Virus record (IMG/VR): IMGVR_UViG_3300009008_000004
Coordinates: 82,004-146,003 of that record
Length of the DNA: 64,000 bases
Origin: a virus
Lineage: Duplodnaviria; Heunggongvirae; Uroviricota; Caudoviricetes
Strand: one strand, 5' to 3'
A model generated the notes under the pieces. The model saw nothing but the letters and a program-made list of their open reading frames with translations, had not been told where the DNA came from and ran no database searches. This document shows positions 60,809-64,000 of this stretch, one piece after another (the first letter of the stretch is position 1; each line of letters begins with the position of its first letter). A program made the translations under genes and the position numbers.

Positions 60809-62397
60809 TACGTCGTCTCCGGCTTCTTCGGGTTGTAAGGGCTGGTAAGACCAGTGTCCTTAGCCTTGGGCTTGAATATGGACATCAGACCCGGGTCCTT
60901 CTTAGGGACTGTCTGCTGCGGCTTATAAAGATGCGCAAGCCCTGTATCCTTGGCCGGGGTAGGCTTCGGAGGCGTTGGCGTGAACTGGAAATTCTCCTTA
61001 CCAGCGTTCAACGACTTCTGAGCATCCGCGGCAAGAGGCATGAACTTCTGGCCCTTAGCAGCATCTCCCACAGAAGGCTGGAACCCCGGCTTCATCGGAA
61101 GTGTCTTGCCCTTCGCAGGCCCCTGCCCCTCAAGAGCAAATGCCGTCTGTACCGGAGGCTTCGGGGTTCTCTTTACAGGTGCGGCCCGATTCTGGGTCGC
61201 CCAGGAGGCATAATCCTGCCGGGCTTGCCTCAGTGCCTTGGGATCTTTTCCGGCCTCAGCACCAAGCCACCGCATACGAAGGCGGTCCTGGTGGACACGC
61301 CTCCCAAGATACTTGTCCCCGCCGTATTTCCAGTGCTTGGCCCAAGCCTTATTATCTCCCTTGAATGAATCCAGCTTCTTCAGTTTTGCCTGGTAATCAG
61401 CAATACGATCTTTTGCCGACATCCCACCGTAAGTATACCCAGCGCGCCCTTTCTGCTGCATATCTGTAAGCAGTCCCTGAATCTGCTGTTTAGCAGTACC
61501 GATATCTTTAGGGGCAACAAACTTTTGAGGGTTCCATGTAGAGGCGGCACTTGTGGTTCCTGAGGACATCCGTTCTTTAAGCTTCAGGAGTTCTCTGCGA
61601 CGATCCAGGTTCTGCCCTGCTTGCGTATAGCCTTTCTGTAGCCCGCGAACAGCGCTCGCCCCAAGAGCAGCCCGGCGCTTAGGATCTGCGAGAGTGCTAT
61701 ATGTATTAGCGGCTAAACCCGCGATAGGGACATTCTTACGAACAGACCCAGCAATCGCCCGAAGATCTCCTGTAGTAGGCTTTCTTTCGGCTTTCTGCGC
61801 TCGCATCTCCCGGAGCCTATCCAATTTAGCTTTTAGGTCGCCCGGAGCGGGGCCCTCTTTTGGGGTGCCCGTAGCGGGCGGGGGAGTAAGCTTTGAGGCG
61901 TCTACAGTAGCTCCCGGCAAGACCTTCCGCTGGGGGTCTCGCCCAACAGGGCGACGCCTACCTTTTGGAGGAACAAAGTTACCGCCCATAGGATCGCCTT
62001 CGCGAGAAGCTCCAAAAGAATAGTCTGTTTTCGGAGCCGCCCAACGTCCTCGAGTGGCCCATTTTCGGTGTATATCAGCCACCTGCAGCTTCTTCCCTGA
62101 GGGAAGTGCGTCAAAGCTCGCTGCCCCCGTGTGCGTTTTAGCAAGTCTGTTGAGATCAGGATTTGCAGCAGCGTTATACCAAAAAGGTTTCCGGCGGGGA
62201 CGGCCGTTTGGCCCGACTTCCTCTACATCCCATATAATCTTCCGCTCCTCAGGAGAGAGGGCCGACCACGGCTTGCGGAACTTATCGAGAGCAATTACAT
62301 CCCAACCATGCATGGTACGGTCCTTTTCCTCAGCCACCTTCTCAAGGGTATCTACCTCTCCGATAAACTGTAGGAGCTTCTTTGTTTTTTCATACAT
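60808..62397 (-). CDS. Low-complexity basic protein with LEKVA leader (putative internal head protein)
   Basis: 529 aa. Leader ending LEKVA at residue 22. Lys/Pro-rich. Confidence 0.75.
   Translation of the reverse strand: MYEKTKKLLQFIGEVDTLEKVAEEKDRTMHGWDVIALDKFRKPWSALSPEERKIIWDVEEVGPNGRPRRKPFWYNAAANPDLNRLAKTHTGAASFDALPSGKKLQVADIHRKWATRGRWAAPKTDYSFGASREGDPMGGNFVPPKGRRRPVGRDPQRKVLPGATVDASKLTPPPATGTPKEGPAPGDLKAKLDRLREMRAQKAERKPTTGDLRAIAGSVRKNVPIAGLAANTYSTLADPKRRAALGASAVRGLQKGYTQAGQNLDRRRELLKLKERMSSGTTSAASTWNPQKFVAPKDIGTAKQQIQGLLTDMQQKGRAGYTYGGMSAKDRIADYQAKLKKLDSFKGDNKAWAKHWKYGGDKYLGRRVHQDRLRMRWLGAEAGKDPKALRQARQDYASWATQNRAAPVKRTPKPPVQTAFALEGQGPAKGKTLPMKPGFQPSVGDAAKGQKFMPLAADAQKSLNAGKENFQFTPTPPKPTPAKDTGLAHLYKPQQTVPKKDPGLMSIFKPKAKDTGLTSPYNPKKPETT
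60835..60960 (-). repeat. Triple KD[TP]GLxxx[YF][KN]P repeat
   Basis: KDTGLAHLYKP / KDPGLMSIFKP / KDTGLTSPYNP. Confidence 0.75.
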
Positions 62398-63902
62398 TAG
62401 ATATCCGCCTGTACAGCTGCAGGTACCTGAAGGCGCACAATATCAAACAGGTCATCCTGGGTAAAGTGGTCCAGGAGATTGAACTCGGTTTGACTCGGCA
62501 CTAACAGGTTCCGTCGTATTGAGGTTCCCTCTATCGCAACCTCTACAGTCAGCCCGCGAACCAGCTGCGTAGTGGCCATCCCCATTCCATCCGTCTGCAC
62601 AATAAGCGGGTGCCCTGTAACAGCCACAGCAGTCCCGGCAACAGAGGTTGTCTGAAAGGGTACATAATTATGCGATATGAGTATCTTCAGCCCAGCAATT
62701 GGGTTGCCCTGGAGATCAACGAACTGCGCCTTCATCGTCGAGAAATAGTCTTGACCAACAAGCGGGGCATCCGTATACCGCGGTGTAAGGAAATTCGTGG
62801 ACAACACAAAGTCATTGGTCGCTGTAGTAGAGTGGCGATCAACCACATTGACCGTAAAATTATTAATCCCGAATATGTGTTTGTCCCGCCGGAGTACTGC
62901 GTAATACGCGCCCGGGGGCAGAGAAGTGTAGAAGCGCCCGTCGGGCATTGAGTACCCCCGACGTACCGTTACACCATCAGAATTCAGGAGGGCAACCTCC
63001 ACACCAGCCAGGGCTTGCGACGTGGTGCTTTCGACGATCTCGAAAGTGGTATCGGCGTAGGTGTTATCAGAGTAAATGAAAACATCCTCGGTTGCCTGTA
63101 CGGTGGTATCGTCACACCAGATAAAAACGTAGTTGCCTTCGGGGAGTTTGATATACTCATCAGTCTCGTAAGCCAGAGAACTATCAACAGCAGTGAGAGA
63201 AATCGGGGGGCTGGTATACGAAGCAGTATATGTCCCAGCTGTGAGCCCAAGCTCAGTAAGAACAGCAGCATCCCCATCAAGGACAACCTGGGTATCTTCC
63301 GTCAAAGAATCCGACTCAATCCGCAATTTACCCGCAGAAGTCAGGGCACGACCAAAACGTATCTGGCTATTTATCTCATCGAGAACTTCCAGCAACGTAC
63401 GCACGCCTGTAGTTAATGTAATGGAATACGTGGGCGAGGTCGCATCGAAAGTCAGCTCAATGTCTGAGGATGCCGGGATGGTATATGATGCCACAACCTT
63501 CGTCGACGTAACCGAAGCCGCGAGCTGTGTGAGTGCACAGCTGGTAACCGCGGTAAGTGTGTTGTCGAGAATGTAAAGCTGCGGTGTGCCCCACCCGGTG
63601 CCCTCAACCAGATACTTCCGGAGGTTATTCGGGTATTCGTCATTGGGAGGCTCTGTTTCTACAAGGCACTCTTCCCAATCGGTGTACCCCGTCGCAGCCC
63701 ACTTAATGCGATAGGCCCCCGCCGTAGAGAAGGTGTACGCGGCTGTAATACGCATGAAATCGATGGGTGCCGTAGTCATCGCTGTTGTAGCCAGCGAAGT
63801 AACCAGGGTACCTTCGTCATCGTAGATTGTGAGCGTCAGATCAGTCAGGTCCGACGTATGGTAATGCCAGAATTGCTTTGACTGAGACAGCTTTACAAAC
63901 AT
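62397..63902 (-). CDS. Multi-Ig-like virion protein
   Basis: 501 aa, GGGAG SD. LAGVEVALL...SMPDGRFYTSLPPGAY, QFVDLQGNPIAGLKI, TDGMGMATTQLVRG. Confidence 0.7.
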   Translation of the reverse strand: MFVKLSQSKQFWHYHTSDLTDLTLTIYDDEGTLVTSLATTAMTTAPIDFMRITAAYTFSTAGAYRIKWAATGYTDWEECLVETEPPNDEYPNNLRKYLVEGTGWGTPQLYILDNTLTAVTSCALTQLAASVTSTKVVASYTIPASSDIELTFDATSPTYSITLTTGVRTLLEVLDEINSQIRFGRALTSAGKLRIESDSLTEDTQVVLDGDAAVLTELGLTAGTYTASYTSPPISLTAVDSSLAYETDEYIKLPEGNYVFIWCDDTTVQATEDVFIYSDNTYADTTFEIVESTTSQALAGVEVALLNSDGVTVRRGYSMPDGRFYTSLPPGAYYAVLRRDKHIFGINNFTVNVVDRHSTTATNDFVLSTNFLTPRYTDAPLVGQDYFSTMKAQFVDLQGNPIAGLKILISHNYVPFQTTSVAGTAVAVTGHPLIVQTDGMGMATTQLVRGLTVEVAIEGTSIRRNLLVPSQTEFNLLDHFTQDDLFDIVRLQVPAAVQADI

Positions 63903-64000
63903 ACCGGCTCCCGCCTAAGGTCCTGTTGAGGATTGTAGCAACAGCAGAAGGGCCACGCAATCTCCCATACTACGGCTCCTCCCCCAGGAAATCAGAGATA

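Noticed and set aside
934-61093. 13-nt match GAACCCCGGCTTC at ~934 and ~61081
   Set aside because: Matches of this length are expected by chance in 64 kb.
1-64000. Stop-codon reassignment
   Set aside because: TAA, TAG and TGA all end genes at tight junctions, and very long ORFs are intact under code 11.
1-64000. tRNA, rRNA, integrase, transposase, reverse transcriptase/DGR
   Set aside because: None recognisable by eye, and intergenic gaps are mostly too short. tRNAscan and Infernal were not run, so small ncRNAs cannot be excluded.
63903-64000. 3' end of an upstream gene at the window edge
   Set aside because: Two minus-strand frames are plausible, and 98 nt is too little to call.

Overview
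This window is a 64-kb piece of a large contractile-tailed dsDNA phage (myovirus-like Caudoviricetes; standard genetic code; GGAGG-type ribosome-binding sites; host not identifiable from sequence). It has three blocks. (1) 1-23257, minus strand, head and packaging: a partial prohead protease missed by the ORF track, terminase large subunit, portal, baseplate spike, a SNF2 helicase, many small basic glycine-zipper proteins, and a ~2080-aa single-chain beta-beta' fused RNA polymerase. (2) 23401-36657, plus strand, replication and recombination: SF2 helicase, family-4 UDG, DnaB, DnaG, multi-zinc SSB, PolA, RecA, PD-(D/E)XK resolvase, Cas4-like nuclease and RusA. (3) 36693-64000, minus strand, tail and baseplate: two beta-helix fibres, giant wedge proteins, gp25-like protein, Ig-like proteins and two low-complexity internal proteins. 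Major capsid, sheath, tube and tape-measure genes are not in the window. The most interesting candidate system combines two observations. First, a recurring N-terminal leader ending in (E)K-x-A marks the protease, a dozen head-associated proteins, the SNF2 helicase and possibly the RNAP, and looks like a capsid-targeting/cleavage code. Second, two promoter classes are visible: sigma70-type TTGACA-N17/18-TAnnnT in front of virion genes and the RNAP gene, and CTGnTATAAG in front of the plus-strand genes. Together these suggest, by inference only, a virion-packaged phage RNAP plus SNF2 for early transcription, with the host RNAP reading late genes. Other notable items are a nested gene with a perfect SD, an antisense Zn-ribbon gene sharing start and stop codons with its neighbours, a 37-aa ultra-acidic peptide beside the RNAP gene, and a 21/22-nt out-of-frame hairpin repeat. 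All family assignments come from motif recognition, not database searches.
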